Notes: generated by a model from the letters alone, not told the origin. Positions 13,701-25,700 are shown, numbered from the whole stretch's first letter. The stretch is 63,078 nucleotides of DNA, filler included, from Chiloscyllium plagiosum (GCF_004010195.1; 3 parts of one record of this genome joined end to end with filler, not necessarily neighbours in it); one strand, 5' to 3'. Made by a program: numbers and translations.

Positions 13701-16700
13701 GAGGAACAGACTGAGGCAATGACTTGACCACACTTTAGGAACTTGGGAGACGGTGCAGAAGAGGGAGGGCTTTTGCCCGAAACGTCGATTTTCCTGCTTC
13801 TCGGATACTGACCTGACCTGCTGTGCTTTTCCAGCACCACTCTAATCTAGACTTAAGAGGGATATGGGCCAAGTGCTGGCAAATGGGACTAAAGTAATTT
13901 AGGATATCTGGTCGGCATGGACGGGTTGGACTGAAGGGCTTGTTTCTGTGCTGTGCATCTCTATGACTCTCTAAACATACACACATTCACATAAGAAGTG
14001 GGAGTAGGGTACCCAGCCACATAAACCTGCTCTGCCATTCAATAGCTTCATGACTGATTTCATGGACCAGGCCAGACTCCCTCCAAATACTTTAACAGGG
14101 TAGCCTGGACCTTTACTGTTTCTTATTTTAAAGGCAGGTGTGAAGTCCATGTTCCAGATCTGATGCAACTGGTCAAACTACTCAACATTGAGCAAAACAC
14201 AATTTATTTAAACACTATAGCTAAAGCACAACCACAGAAAGAGGAACTTAGAATAACTTACCTCTCTTGGAAAACTTAACAGATTAATAGGTACAGTACA
14301 TGTCACTAATTAGCTTTTCCAATGTAGTAACATTCCATAAACATACCTTGGCAAAAAGATAAAATCAGAAAAACAGACTTTGTCTCACATGCAATCTAAC
14401 AGCATAGGAAGAGAACACCCATCATTTGGCTGTCATCAAGAGATGAAAAAATATCTTCCACTTCTTCAAGCCCATAATCCTGGTCTTTGAGAGCTGGCCA
14501 CACCCAGCCAGGCTGCTTCTGTTGTTCCAACATTAAAAAAAAAACAGGGCCTCACAAGCTATTTACTCTAGAGGTCTTGGTAGACTGCTTGTGATCTCTC
14601 TTCAAATAAAAACCTGGACAAACTAAACTATTTAGCTACAGCACCATCACATGGATCTCACTAATCCACATTCCTGCCAACACGATATTCTTTCTCCCCT
14701 TGCTTATCAAGCCTTTCCATGACATTAGAGGTGCTGAAGAGACTTTTTGTAGTGTTGGTTGCCCCCAATCTGGTGTTGGTAAAACTGAGACTGGACAGGT
14801 TAGACTTTATACAACATTGCTTGCTCAATGATCCCAACCAGTCTTAAGGTTAAAATGCCTCCCAACCAGCAACCCCCCAAATTTATAATTCTACGTAGTG
14901 ATCATCCCCACACTGGTCAAATTACAGACCACCTTCTGTTTAGAATGGGGCTCATGCAGAATTACATAACCAGAATTGGACAAAGAACTGCAGATGTTGG
15001 AGATCTGAAACAAAGACAGACATTGTGGAGAAACTCAGCAGGTCTGACAGGCATGGGGGGGATAAAGCAGAGTTAATATTTCGAATACAGTGACCACTTA
15101 AGAGACTATTGATTATTGAACTCCAAAACATCTTTAGTTTCTTGAGCCTTACTTGTGTTTGCATACAGTAACCAGGAGATGGTTTCTCACCTTCTTTGTG
15201 TAGGGGATCTCGATGGAAATCAATACTTCCTGAGGCTTCACCACAGTCTTCCTGTAGCCCGTGAAGAAATCTCCATCCATTCGCACAACACGGTTGCCAC
15301 CTGGAAACAGGCAAAGGGAGGATGAACATCACGGTCATGTTCACAGTCAGACACTGAAGGGTTTTAATGGCCCTCTGGGATACCACTCACCTTCAGAGGA
15401 CAAGGTCAGCAAACAGCCAGAGGCCATGAACACAGGGTTGAGGTCTGAGATAGGGCTGGCGGTCATGATGTTCCCTCCGACAGCCTGAAGGTGTAGAGAG
15501 AAGGAGGGGTTAAAACTGCATACAGCCTACACTCCTGCTTCGCCTAGCCTGAACCACACCGGACAAAACACTGCTGTGGGAATCCAGGTCAGGTGGATAC
15601 CCCCCTCCGCCCATAGCAGGAGATCGGATCCTATTCCTGCTGATACACCCCACCCTCACATTCCTGCTGATACACCCATACCCATCCCATTCCTGCTGAT
15701 ACACCCATACCCATCCTATTCCTGCTGATACACCCACACCAACCCCATTCCTGCTGATACACCCATACCCATCCTATTTCTGCTGATACACCAATACACA
15801 CACAGACCAAGTCCTGAACTATGAAAGCAACCACCCCAACACACACAAAAGAAGTTGCATCAAGACACTATTCCAAAGGGCCACAACACACTGCAGCCCA
15901 CCAGAACTGCAAAAAGAGGAAGAAGAACATCTCTACTATGTATTCGTCAAAAATGGATAGCCTGCAATTTCATCAACAGATGCCTAAGGGAAAGACAACG
16001 GAATGTGGACATGCCACATCCCAAAGGACTTGCCACACTACCATACATCAAGAACAGTTCTGAACTGACAGTCAGACTACTGCGATCACTAGGACTCATA
16101 ACAGCACACAAACTCTCAGACAACAACTCACCAGGAAAAGGACCCGATACCCAACATGAGCAAAACCAATGTAGTGTACAAAATCCCATGCAAGGACTGC
16201 ACAAAACACTACATAGGACAAACTGGAAGACAGCTAACGATCCATATCCATGAACACCAACTAGCCACGAAACGACACAACCAGCTATCCTTAGTAGCCA
16301 CACACGCAGATGACAAGCAACATGAGTTCGACTGGGACAACACTACCATTATAGGACAAGCCAAACAGAGAACAGTCAAGGAATTCCTAGAGGCATGGCA
16401 CTCATCCACAGATTCTATCATCAAACACATTGAACTGGACCCAATATACCGGCCACTGCAGCGGATAGCTGGAACTGACAACCGGAAGCGGCAGGGACAG
16501 GCCACTATAAATGCCGGAGGAAACATCACAGAAGTGCTTCACAGGAGGCTCCCAAGCACTGAGGATGTCACCTAGACAGGGGACGAAACGTCTGCAACAC
16601 AAATTCCCAGCTCGGCGAGCAGAACCACAACACCCATACCCATCCTATTCCTGCTGATACACCCATACCCATCCCATTTCTGCTGATGCACCCAACACCC

Positions 16701-18418
16701 ACCCATCCCTCTGGATCCTGGCAGAGTATACTTTTGATCATTCATGGGATGTGGAAAGTCCTGTGAGCATTTATTCTCCACACCTCAAACTGCACAGCTT
16801 GCCAGGCATTTTAATAAACAAATGTTCATGGGATGTGGGCATCACTGGATGGCCCAGTATTTATTGCCCTTGAGAAGGTGGGGGTGAGCTGCCTTCTTGA
16901 ACCGCTGCAGTCCACCTGCTGTGGGCTGACCCACAATGCCCTTTGGGACAGAATTCCAAGATTTTGACCCAGAGACAAAGAAGGAACAGCAATATGTTTC
17001 CAAGTCAGGTTCGTGAATGCCGTGTTGGAGAATTTGCAGGTCATGGTGTTCAAAAGTATCTAATACCGTTTAGGGAGGGAAAGTTTCCCTGGTCCTTACC
17101 AGTAATGTTACCTTCACATTGTGGTTCACCCTACACTCCTTGACACCATCCAGGAAGCAGCCCATTTGATTGGCATCACATCCACAAGCATCCCCTCCCT
17201 CCACCACTGCTCAGTAGCAGCAGTGTGTACTATCTGCAAGATTAGATTCCCTACAGTGTGGAAACAGGCCCTTCGGCCCAACTAGTCCACACTGACCCTC
17301 CAAAGAGTAAACTACCTAGACCCATTCCCCCTCACTAATGCACCTAACACTATGGGCAATTTAGCATGACCAATTCACCTAACCGGCACATCTTTGGACT
17401 GTGGGAGGAAACCGGAGCACCTGGAGGAAACCCATGCAGACAGGGGGAGAACGTGCAAACTCCACACAGGCAGTCACCCGAGGCTGGACTCGAACCCGGG
17501 TCCCTGGTGCTGTGAGGCAGCAGTGCTAACCACTGAGCCACCGTGCTGCCCCCACTGCAGAAATTTACCAAAGATCCTTCCAGATCCACAACCACTGCCA
17601 GGGGCAGCAGGTAGTTACGAACACCAGCCTCTGTAGGTTCCCCTCCAAGCCACTCACTGTCCTGACTTGGAAATGTACCAATGCTGGGTCAGGATTGTTG
17701 GAATTGTCTTCCTAATGGCATTGTGGGTGTTCCTACAGCCACAGTGGTTTAAGAAAGCAGCTCGCTATCACCTTCTTTAGGGCAAATAGGGACAGGCAAT
17801 AATGGGTCTGCCAATAACACCCTACCTCATGAATAAACAAGAGAAAAGTTGCATTGTCAGTGTTGTTGTAAATAGTTTTTAATTCCAGATATTACATTCT
17901 ACTGGCTACCCTGGTGGCATTTGACCCCATGAATCCCGAGCATAATCCTGGTATTCTGGGTTACTCTCCCAGCAAGGTTACCCCACCTTGTTCACGAATG
18001 TCCTCCAGGGAAAGGAAATCTGCCATCCTTACCTGGTCTGGCCTACATGTGACTCCAGACCCACAGCAATGTCGTTGACGCTTAACTGCCCTCTGGGGCA
18101 ATTAGGGATGGGCAATGAATGCTGGGCCCAGCCAGTGGTGTCCACATCCCATGTTTACCTGCTGCCCCTCAGAGATGGTTTGTGGCCCTCACCCATTTGG
18201 TGAACAAAATCCTGGCCTAGCCAGTGATGCCCACATATCCTTGATAAATTAAGAAGAAGCACTCACAGCAACATTCCGGACCTGTTGTCCTGCGAACCAA
18301 TGCAGCTGTTCCAATACCGCCTTGAAAACCTCAGTCTTGTAACTGGGAAGCTGGTTTATGGCCTGTTTCAGCACACTCCCAATGTAGGTCAGATTACAGG
18401 CAGCCCCGAACATTATCC
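1638..18418 (-). CDS. XDH: Xanthine dehydrogenase, partial multi-exon gene (9 exons equivalent to human exons 11-19; FAD domain, linker, start of Mo-pterin domain)
   Basis: Nine exons with canonical AG/GT ends splice into one open frame (1220 nt). XDH-type rather than AOX-type motifs: [49 protein letters not shown]. Exon sizes 152/94/110/185/172/90/170/127/120 closely follow the human XDH exon pattern as I recall it. Confidence 0.96.
2065..2775 (+). mobile_element. Penelope-like element fragment (GIY-YIG end plus 3' repeat)
   Basis: [33 protein letters not shown] motif; decayed hammerhead-type tail near 2650. Confidence 0.85.
3158..3348 (+). repeat. Palindromic Penelope-derived hairpin element with hammerhead core
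   Basis: Inverted arms AAAATCACACAACACCAGG...CCTGGTGTTGTGTGATTTT; centre ACAC-CTGATGA-A-gcagc/gctcc-GAAAGCTA-GTGT. Confidence 0.75.
4438..4564 (-). CDS. XDH: XDH exon 18 equivalent: [42 protein letters not shown]
   Basis: cctgcag acceptor, gtcagt donor, 127 bp. Confidence 0.94.
4676..4694 (-). promoter_or_regulatory. Putative CTCF-binding motif in an XDH intron
   Basis: Reverse complement reads CACCAGCAGATGGCGTT, matching the CCAGCAGRKGGCR core; motif match only. Confidence 0.4.
5085..5890 (+). mobile_element. Penelope-like element (RT C-terminus, GIY-YIG, 3' repeat)
   Basis: [37 protein letters not shown]; hammerhead-like CTGAAGA...AAAC at ~5812-5845. Confidence 0.88.
5928..6097 (-). CDS. 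XDH: XDH exon 17 equivalent: [56 protein letters not shown]
   Basis: ctgcag acceptor, gtaaca donor, 170 bp. Confidence 0.95.
6940..7950. mobile_element. Nested CR1 LINE 3' fragments (minus copy interrupted by plus copy ~7383-7868)
   Basis: [24 protein letters not shown] motifs; (CTATGACT)n and (ACATAGA)n tails. Confidence 0.85.
8047..8352 (-). mobile_element. CR1 LINE 3' end
   Basis: TRGHWFRV...[19 protein letters not shown]...[17 protein letters not shown]-type tail. Confidence 0.85.
8715..9105 (-). mobile_element. CR1 LINE 3' end
   Basis: [12 protein letters not shown]...KRHLDIDM motif and tail. Confidence 0.8.
9835..10030. repeat. Penelope-derived palindromic hairpin
   Basis: Inverted arms CAGGTTACAGTCCAACAG / CTGATGGACTATAACCTG; same family as 3158. 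Confidence 0.7.
10337..10660 (-). mobile_element. HE1-type tRNA-derived V-SINE
   Basis: Pol III B-box-like GGGTTTGATTC, V domain GTGTGGAGTTTGCACATT, CR1-like 3' tail. Confidence 0.85.
10895..10984 (-). CDS. XDH: XDH exon 16 equivalent: [30 protein letters not shown]
   Basis: cattag acceptor, gttagt donor, 90 bp; not in the ORF track, found by reading. Confidence 0.92.
11240..11838 (-). mobile_element. CR1 LINE 3' fragment
   Basis: [27 protein letters not shown] motif. Confidence 0.82.
12172..12343 (-). CDS. XDH: XDH exon 15 equivalent: [11 protein letters not shown]...[34 protein letters not shown]
   Basis: tttag acceptor; the gtgggt donor gives phase 0, matching the next exon; 172 bp. Confidence 0.92.
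13511..13695 (-). CDS. XDH: XDH exon 14 equivalent: [26 protein letters not shown]...[20 protein letters not shown]
   Basis: ctgcag acceptor, gtgagt donor, 185 bp. Confidence 0.95.
14058..14651 (-). mobile_element. Solo LTR (Gypsy-like)
   Basis: Terminus CATGGACCAGGCCAGA is the reverse complement of the end of the 33538-34148 LTR; interrupts a CR1 3' UTR; TSD degraded. Confidence 0.6.
15191..15300 (-). CDS. XDH: XDH exon 13 equivalent: [37 protein letters not shown]
   Basis: tttccag acceptor, gtgaga donor, 110 bp; follows a 90-bp intron. Confidence 0.95.
15391..15484 (-). CDS. XDH: XDH exon 12 equivalent: [31 protein letters not shown]
   Basis: cttcag acceptor, gtgagt donor, 94 bp; FAD-binding GGN motif. 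Confidence 0.95.
15625..15795. repeat. ~29-bp minisatellite (ATTCCTGCTGATACACCCATACCCATCCT)n, resuming at ~16631-16705
   Basis: Directly visible tandem units, split by a Penelope insertion. Confidence 0.9.
15796..16630 (+). mobile_element. Penelope-like element (GIY-YIG) with hammerhead core
   Basis: [25 protein letters not shown]...EFLEAWHS; hammerhead at 16556-16595. Confidence 0.88.
16556..16595 (+). ncRNA. Minimal type I hammerhead ribozyme motif
   Basis: GCA-CTGAGGA-T-GTCACC(TAGACA)GGGGAC-GAAAC-GTC-TGC: conserved core, stem II, palindromic ACGT stem III, GUC cleavage triplet. Confidence 0.7.
17240..17552 (-). mobile_element. HE1-type V-SINE
   Basis: GGCAGCACGGTGGCTCAGTGG A box, GGTTCGAGTCC B box, V domain, (TCTAA)n tail. 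Confidence 0.9.
18267..18418 (-). CDS. XDH: XDH exon (human exon 11 equivalent): [51 protein letters not shown]
   Basis: ttttgaag acceptor, gtgagt donor, 152 bp. Confidence 0.95.
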
Positions 18419-20159
18419 CTTCAAAACAGTCAAGGTGTGCACATGAGAAACAACCTGACCATTTACACAGTGCTTTCAGCGTAGTATGACGTCCCATAGT
18501 CCTTCCGAAGAGTAACTCTCAGATGACGGCTATCTCCATGCCACTTTACGGGATGTTAAAACTGGTGGCTTACAGCTTGGTCAAAGGGATAGATTTACCC
18601 CCAGCCTCTCGAAGAGGGAGTTAGAGACGCAGCACGGCTTAAAAAGGCAATTTCAGGGCGTAAGGTCGAGATGGTGATTAAGACACAGGTACCAATGAGA
18701 GAAGCGATGAAAATCGAGGGTGCTCAGGATAGAATCGGAGGTGAGCTGAAGGGTTGTGGGGCTGGAGGAGATCTTGGAGATGAGGAGGAGAGGCCACAGA
18801 GGATCACAGAGACAAAGAGGAGAGTTTTAGAATCGAATGGGAGCCAATGGAGGCCAGTGAGTGCCCATCTGACCCACTGTGGTGTGGGGTGGGGAGTGGA
18901 ACTGATCCCAACTCAAAAAGATCTGGCTGGAAGGCGAGTGCGGTGGGAATGGGAACCTGATGATCCAGAATTATCAGTTCGCTTTGACTCAACTGAATGT
19001 TTCACGCAGCTTCATAGGACTAGCAGCCCGTAGAAGGGGGCCAGCACTTCAACCAGGAACTGCCTGCTGTCACACCTCCTGTAGACCCCCTCCACTCATT
19101 TAGGGATCTTCCCTTTCTACATACCTACATTAGTAATTACGGGTAACAGGCAGTAAATGCTAGAGAGAAACTCAAGTCTTCACAATGGGGATCGATAGGT
19201 TTCTTTGTTGGGTCAGTGAATCAGACACAGCAAGGTATGAACTGGGAGTGGAGATAGACCAATCATCCTCTTAAAACTCAGTAAGATCATTGATGAACTG
19301 TTTATATTTTTAATTCCATATTCTTCAACTATCCTTAATAACTTAATTCACCTGTTGTTCCTTAAAAACATCACCCACCATCCTCTGAGGCAGAGAGCTC
19401 CAGAGTTGCGTACCCTTTCAAGAGAAAATGATTGCTCCTTATCTCTATCCCAGAAGGGCAAGGCTTACATTTTAAATCATGACCCCGTAGTTCTGGACTG
19501 ACTCACAACAGGAAACACCCTTTCCACATTCACCTTGTCAAGATCATTCAGGACGTGACACACTTCAACATAAGTCACCCCTCCGCTCTCCTAAACTTCA
19601 GTGGAAACAAACCCAGCCCATCCAACTCTCCCTCACAAGACACCAGGTATCAATCTATAATACCTCCTCTGAACCACCTTCCTGATGTACACTCTTCCTG
19701 AAGTAACCAACCTCAAACTGCGCAGGATGTGGTCTTCTCAGTGCCTTATGTGACTGAAGTATGTAACTTAACCTCAGTTCCTCTTGCAGTTAAGGACAGC
19801 ATTCCATTGGCCTTCCTAATGACGTTCCGTACCTAACTCATGCAATACAACCTCGATCTCCTGCACCTTGAAATTCTGCAGTCATTCTCCATTTAAGTAG
19901 AACTCCATCTTCATATACTCTCCATCAAAGTGAACAACTTTACATTTTTCCACATAATACTCCATCTGCCAGATCTTTTGCCCACTCACTGACCCCATCT
20001 ATATCAGTCTGCAACCTCCTTATGTCTCTTACCTAACACATTTTCCCACCTACCTTTACCTCATCTGCTACCATGCCTTCACTCCCTTCATCTTAAGTCA
20101 TTGATGGTAGATTGCAAAAAGCTCAGGTTCCAGGGCCTAGCAGAACTTCACTCATCACA

Positions 20160-22172
20160 TCCTCACTTAGCTGTATGATGTGGGAGCTGGCTGGTCCCAT
20201 TGTGAGCGGCAGTGATCACGTCTGCAGCAATTGGTGGTTGCTGGATGATCTGGATGCCAGGATTGATGATCTGGAATCTGAGCTTCAAACACTGCGGCAC
20301 ATCCGGGAGACGGAGAGTTAGCTGGATGATTAGTGATCAGGGACAAGAGGGTGTGACTGTAAGTGAGGCAGGTAGGGGGATTCTGAGTTCAGGAGTGGAG
20401 GAGCCTCAGCCTTTGACCTTGTCCAACAGGTATGAGATTCTTGCTCCCTCTGTGGATGAGGGAAAGGGCTGTGGACAGGATGAGCCAGCTGACCAATGCA
20501 CATTGGTGCAGAAGGCCATTCAAGAGGGAGGAGCAAAAAGACAAGTAGTTGTTATAGGAGAGTCTATAATTAGGGGGGCATTTAGTATCCTTTGTGAGCT
20601 GGATTGGGAGTCCCGCATGGTGTGTTGCCTGCCCGGTGCCAGGGTGCAGGATATCTCCGACCAGCTTGAAAAGATATTGGAGCGGGAAGGGGAGGGGGAG
20701 GATCCAGATGTTGTGGTCCACATTGGCCCTAACAACGTATGCAAGGTTAGGCAGGAGGACCTTTTTTGGGGAATATCAAGCACTAGGAAGGAAATTGAAG
20801 AACAGGTCTTTGAGGGTCATAACCTCTGGATTACTGCCCAAGCCATGTGCTAATTGGCATAGGGATAAGAAAGTTAGGGAAGTAAACACATGACTAAGAG
20901 ATTGGTGTGGGAAAGAGGGCTTTCATTTCATGGGGAATTGGCATCAGGTTTGGAACCGGAGGGATCTGTACCGATGGGACGGTCTCCACCTGAACCGACC
21001 TGGAAGCAGTATTCTTGGGAAAAGGATAAATAGGGTGGTCACTAGGACTTTAAACTTGTGAGTCGGGGGAAGGGAAATGGAAAGGAACAGGGAGTGTGGA
21101 GTCAAGTAGAAAGATAAGCAGCAGGTTAGTATGTGTGCAGGGTTTAAGTTCAAGGCAGACTAGGAATGAAGCAAAAAAGGAAGGATAACTTAGGAAATAT
21201 TACTAGAGATGTTGGAAATCATGAGGATAAGAAAATTAGCATTAAGGCACTTTACCTGAATGCGCCTCGATGATTTAATGACACAAATCATCGTGAATGA
21301 TTATGATGTGGTAGGCATCACAGAGATGTGGTTGCAGGGGGTTCAGGGCTGGCAATTAAACATCCAAGGATTTACAACTTATCAAAAAGACAGGGAGGTG
21401 GGCAGAGGGGGCAGGGTTGGCCTGTTAGTTAAGAATGAGATTAAATCTACGGCACTGAATGATATAGGGTCAGATGATGTGGAGTCTGTGTGGGTGGAGT
21501 TGAGTAACCACAAAGGCAAAAAAACCATAATGGGAGTTATGTACAGACCTCCAAGCAGTGGTCAGGACTGGAGGCACAAGATGTACCAGGAAATAGAGAA
21601 GGCATGTCAGAAAGGCAAGGTCACGGTGATCATGGGGGCTTCAATATGCAAGTGGTCTGGGTGAATTATGTTACCGGTGGAACCAAAGAAAGGGAATTCA
21701 TGGAATGCTTACAGGATGGCTTTTTGGAACAGCTTGTGATGGAGCCCACAAGGGAGCAGGCTATTCTGGACTTAGTGCTAAGTAATGAGCCAGACTTTAG
21801 AAAAGATCTTAAATTAAAGGAGCTCTTAGGAGGCAGCGATCATAATATGGTAGAGTTCAGTCTGAAGTCTGAAAGAGAAAAGGAAAAATTGGATGTAATG
21901 GTGTACAGTTAAAGAAAGGTAATTACAGGGGCATGAGAGAGGAACTAACGAAAATTGACTGGAAGTAAAGCCTAGGGGTGAAGACAGTAGAGCAACAATG
22001 GCAGGAGCTGCTGGGTATAATTGAGGACACAGTACAGAGGTTTATCCCAAAGAAAAGAAAGATTACTGGGGCGGCTAGGGAAGGGTATTGGACAACCATG
22101 GAACTCAGGAAATGTATCACAGAAAAAGAGAGTCTATAAAGTGGCCAAGAGCACTGGGAAATCAGAAGATTG
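20160..22172 (+). mobile_element. CR1 LINE 5' half (ORF1 SGNH-esterase plus ORF2 APE endonuclease), degenerate, ending at a gap
   Basis: SNRYEIL, VVVIGESIIRG, CCLPGARVQD, VVVHIGPNN; ORF2 YDVVGITEMWL, GVMYRPP, ILDLVL, LGGSDHN. Confidence 0.9.
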
Positions 22173-22272
22173 NNNNNNNNNNNNNNNNNNNNNNNNNNNN
22201 NNNNNNNNNNNNNNNNTTAATTAATTAANNNNNNNNNNNNNNNNNNNNNNNNNNNNNNNNNNNNNNNNNNNN
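22173..22272. other. Assembly gap with artificial TTAATTAATTAA linker
   Basis: N44-TTAATTAATTAA(22217-22228)-N44, an all-frame stop spacer. Confidence 0.9.
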
Positions 22273-22430
22273 CCACCCTCACTGTGAATACAAAATCCCC
22301 TCTCCCCCTCCCTCACTGTGAATACAGTACCCCTTCTCCCCGACCCTCACTGTGAATACAGTATCCCCTCTCCCCCTCCCTCACTGTGAACACAGTGTCC
22401 CCACATCCCCCACCCTCACTGTGAGTACAG
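22273..22430. repeat. ~33-bp minisatellite (CCCTCACTGTGAATACAGTACCCCT...)
   Basis: Five CCCTCACTGTGA-cored units abutting the gap. Confidence 0.85.
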
Positions 22431-23619
22431 CCATAGATGCCCACATCCCATGAGTGAGTGAAAAATGACAAGAGGTAATAGCAGCACTGAGCCTGTCTGT
22501 AGGAGTTCAAAACAGCTGGGAATCATGGAAGTGATTCATAAAGCTTATGAAGATGACAGAGAGTCACATCAATGCTATAGGAGACCCCCCCCCACCCGCC
22601 CCCATACAGAAGAGCGTGAGGATTGCAGATGCTGGAGATCAGAGTCAGAAGGTGTGGCACTGGAAAAGTACAGCAGGTCAGGCAGCATCCAAGGGACCCC
22701 TTTTGCCTGCTTCCCCCACCCCCACACACACATTCCTGATGAAGAGCTTATGCTCGAAATGTCTACTCTCCTGATTCTCGGATGCTGCCTGACTCACTGT
22801 GCTTTTCCAGCATCACACCTTTCGACTCTAATCCGTTGCACATTCAGAATTATTCAGCAAGTGCTGTCCAGGTGTGGACTCACACCTAATGTTGGACGCT
22901 GTGCAGGAAACTTTGCAAGTGTGGGCTGGTTGGGGATGGTCAGCACTTTGTTTGTTGCAAACAGCTGAAGGGATGTGCCGTTTGATACAATCAGTCAGCC
23001 TTTGGGACTTCTCGCCAGCCTACACCGACCCTGAAATTCATATCGATCTTAATTATTTGAGTGAGAGGCAGAATGTCTTTTTGGCAGTCCCCTGTTAGTA
23101 ACAAAGACCACATTGGGTTGCTGGAATCAGTGCGAAACTGGTTGCTTAGAATGCGTGCAAGACAGAAAAAATTGACAAATTATATATTTTTCAGCACTAT
23201 TTATATACTTTCTCTGAGACATTTATAAATACAGTGACAAGATAAGGTCCAAGTAGCGATCCCTGAGGGAAATTGCTTCCTGATGATTCTGCATTCAAAT
23301 CAATTCCCGACTCATGTCAAATCCATGCTCCCTCTTGTGGCTAGTCATGGTCATCCTTGACACCTTTTCCTCCAGTTTTCTGTCCTTTCGAGGGAAGTGA
23401 AGAGTCAGGATAAGCTGCTCATTTGTCCTCAAGGTTAACTGTCTGCAATGCAGAGTGATTGCTGCTGCACTGAGCCAATTCCACTGCCTGAGGTGCCTGT
23501 TAACAGGAGAATATTGTGTGGAAGGGTGTATCAATTCCATTTGCACCTTATATGTGCAGGAACGTTCCCAGGGCACTCCTGGTGGTGGTTTGTGAAATCC
23601 CCCACCCATTCTACGTTTC

Positions 23620-24020
23620 ACACCCTTGCCACCCTCAGTGCTTCCTGAGCTTTGTTCAACGTGGAGGAGGACCAGTGTGTGATAAACAGTAGAACATATC
23701 CTTGCCCATATTTAATGTGATGCCATGAGACTTCATGGAGTCCGGAGTCAATGTTGAGGACTCCCAGGGCAACTCCCTCCTGACTGTATGCCACTGCGCC
23801 GCCACCTTTGCTGGGTCTGTCCTGCCAATGAGGCAGGAATGTATCCAGGGATGGTGGTGCCTGGGACATTGTTTGTGAGGTATGATTCCGTGAGTATTAG
23901 GCTGTTGCTTGACTAGGCTGTGAGCTACGTCTCCCAGCATTGGTACTGCCCCAGATGTTTGGAGGACAATGCAGGATTGACAGTGCTGTTTCTGCCATTG
24001 CCTTTTCCAGGTGAGACATC
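23620..24020 (-). mobile_element. CR1/L2-clade LINE endonuclease fragment
   Basis: WQDRPSKGGGAVAYSQEGVALGVLNIDSG resembles the APE-domain DR...GGGV motif. Confidence 0.65.
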
Positions 24021-24059
24021 GTAGCAATTGAAAAAACTGTGTGGCTGGGCCATTTCAGA

Positions 24060-24330
24060 AGGCAGCTGAGCGTCATCCACATTGCTGTGGGTCTGGAGTC
24101 ACGTGTAGGCCAGACCAGATGAGGATGGCAGATTTCCTTCCCTGAAGGACATTAATGAACCAGACGGGTCTCTTTCCTTGGCAAGCAACAGTTATTTCAT
24201 GGTGGTTATTGAATTGAAATTCCACCATTTGCCGTGGTGTGGTTTGAACCCGGGATCCCAGAACATGATCTGAGTTGCAGAATGAATAGCCCAGCAGCGA
24301 TCCCCATTCAGCCATTGCCTCTCCCACCTA
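24060..24330 (-). mobile_element. tRNA-derived SINE of a second family (also ~17990-18150, ~40270-40610, ~46610-46800, ~58600-58850)
   Basis: GGGTTCAAACC B box; shared core GGAAATCTGCCATCCTTACCTGGTCTGGCCTACATGTGACTCCAGACCCACAGCAATG. Confidence 0.7.
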
Positions 24331-25091
24331 TTTCGTTTTCTGGAAGTGCTTTGAGTTGAGCTGTCAAGACCATTTCATCCTTTTGTCATCAGACTCTCAC
24401 AGAAACAAAGGAAATAGGAGCAAGAGTAGGCCATTCAGCCCCTCAAGCCTGCTCCACCATTCAACATGATCATGGCTGATCATCCAACTCTGTCCCCTGC
24501 TCCTGCTCTCTCCCCATACCCTTTGATCCCTTCAACCCTAAGAACTATATCTATCTCCTTTTCAAAGAAAAAAGGTTGAGTGCTTCAGCAAAGAACTGTA
24601 GTTTTTCATTCTGTTTAACCCTGTTTATCTGTCCATGCTGCCAGACTTGCTGAGTTGCTCCAGTGTTCTCTTTGTTTCAGATTTCCATCGTCTACAATAT
24701 TTTGCTTTTATTTGAGTTTCGGTTGTATTTGGAACTTCAGCCTTGCTGGTTTTAAGTAAGGTACAGTTAGAAATCTCGATTATCTTGAAAGAAGTTACGT
24801 CCTAATCAACAGAAAAGTTTGCTCTGTCTTGGCGGCTAATGCCTATCTGCAGATCTGTCCAACTGCCTATCACTGATGCTGCTGAAGGATGAGGAACTGT
24901 CCCTTCTTCAGAATTCTCTAATGTCTAAATCAATTGTCAGGTTGGTCTTCAACTAGTTTTCCAAATATCTACCATCAAGGTATTGGAATCACAGTTTTAT
25001 AGACACATGATGTGACCATACCTCAAGATAGGTGTTTTACCAGAAGCAGTAATGCTTGTGTTATCTCTTGTAATATAAGAAACTAGGCGTG

Positions 25092-25680
25092 TGTGCTATT
25101 GTGGGCAACATTTAACATTGCATGATGGGAAAAAAATTGGTCAATTCCCAAGTTATAATTCAGTAAGTTAAAAGACGAAAGGTCAGAAACAGCTTTCAGG
25201 ACCAGGCTGAATGTAAACAAATTCCATAAGTTTGATAAAACTTCAGTCATCTTTCACACTGCTCCTTGTATATTTCGAACTGCAGATCTTAGCCTAACCA
25301 AAATTGAATTGAATTGAATTGAATAGTCATGTGTACCAAGGCAGAGTGAAAAGCTTTGTCTTGCGAGCTTAGGTCCATATAATAGAAACAGACTTATGGA
25401 ATGACACAAACTATTAATTTTTTTTAAACTAAGGTTCAGTGTTACAGGTGAAACACATTTCATGATATTTTAATGCATATAATGTGCTCCTTTCCTTTTG
25501 TAAGGCGTGAGATGTAGAAGGGAAACAGGGAATGGATTGGAACCCTCCTCTTCCCAAGTCTCAGCCAAATTGCTGTGTATTTGTAATAAAGGCTGATCAT
25601 TGTCAGTTCAATTGATTTTTGAGTATTGTTGATTTATTTTGCTCTCACAGATGCCTCGCTAATTAAATCCTGATACAACA
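25092..25680 (+). mobile_element. ERV 5' LTR (contains a Rex1/Babar tail insertion ~25304-25370)
   Basis: TGTGCTATTG...TGATACAACA; AATAAA at 25585-25590; aligns to 34694-35218. Confidence 0.92.
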
Positions 25681-25682
25681 TT

Positions 25683-25700
25683 TGGTGCTGTGAGTGGAAA
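25683..25700 (+). promoter_or_regulatory. Primer-binding site, tRNA-His-like
   Basis: TGGTGCTGTGAGTGG 2 nt after the LTR, resembling the tRNA-His complement TGGTGCCGTGACTCGGAT. Confidence 0.7.

Noticed and set aside
17240..17552. tRNA-like heads of SINEs as tRNA genes
   Set aside because: They lack a complete cloverleaf and continue into the V-SINE body.
1638..18418. Aldehyde oxidase assignment
   Set aside because: [12 protein letters not shown] and RRDDDIA are XDH-type motifs.
22217..22228. TTAATTAATTAA palindrome within N runs (also 37833-37844)
   Set aside because: Identical all-frame-stop spacer centred in 100-bp gaps; an assembly linker, not biology.
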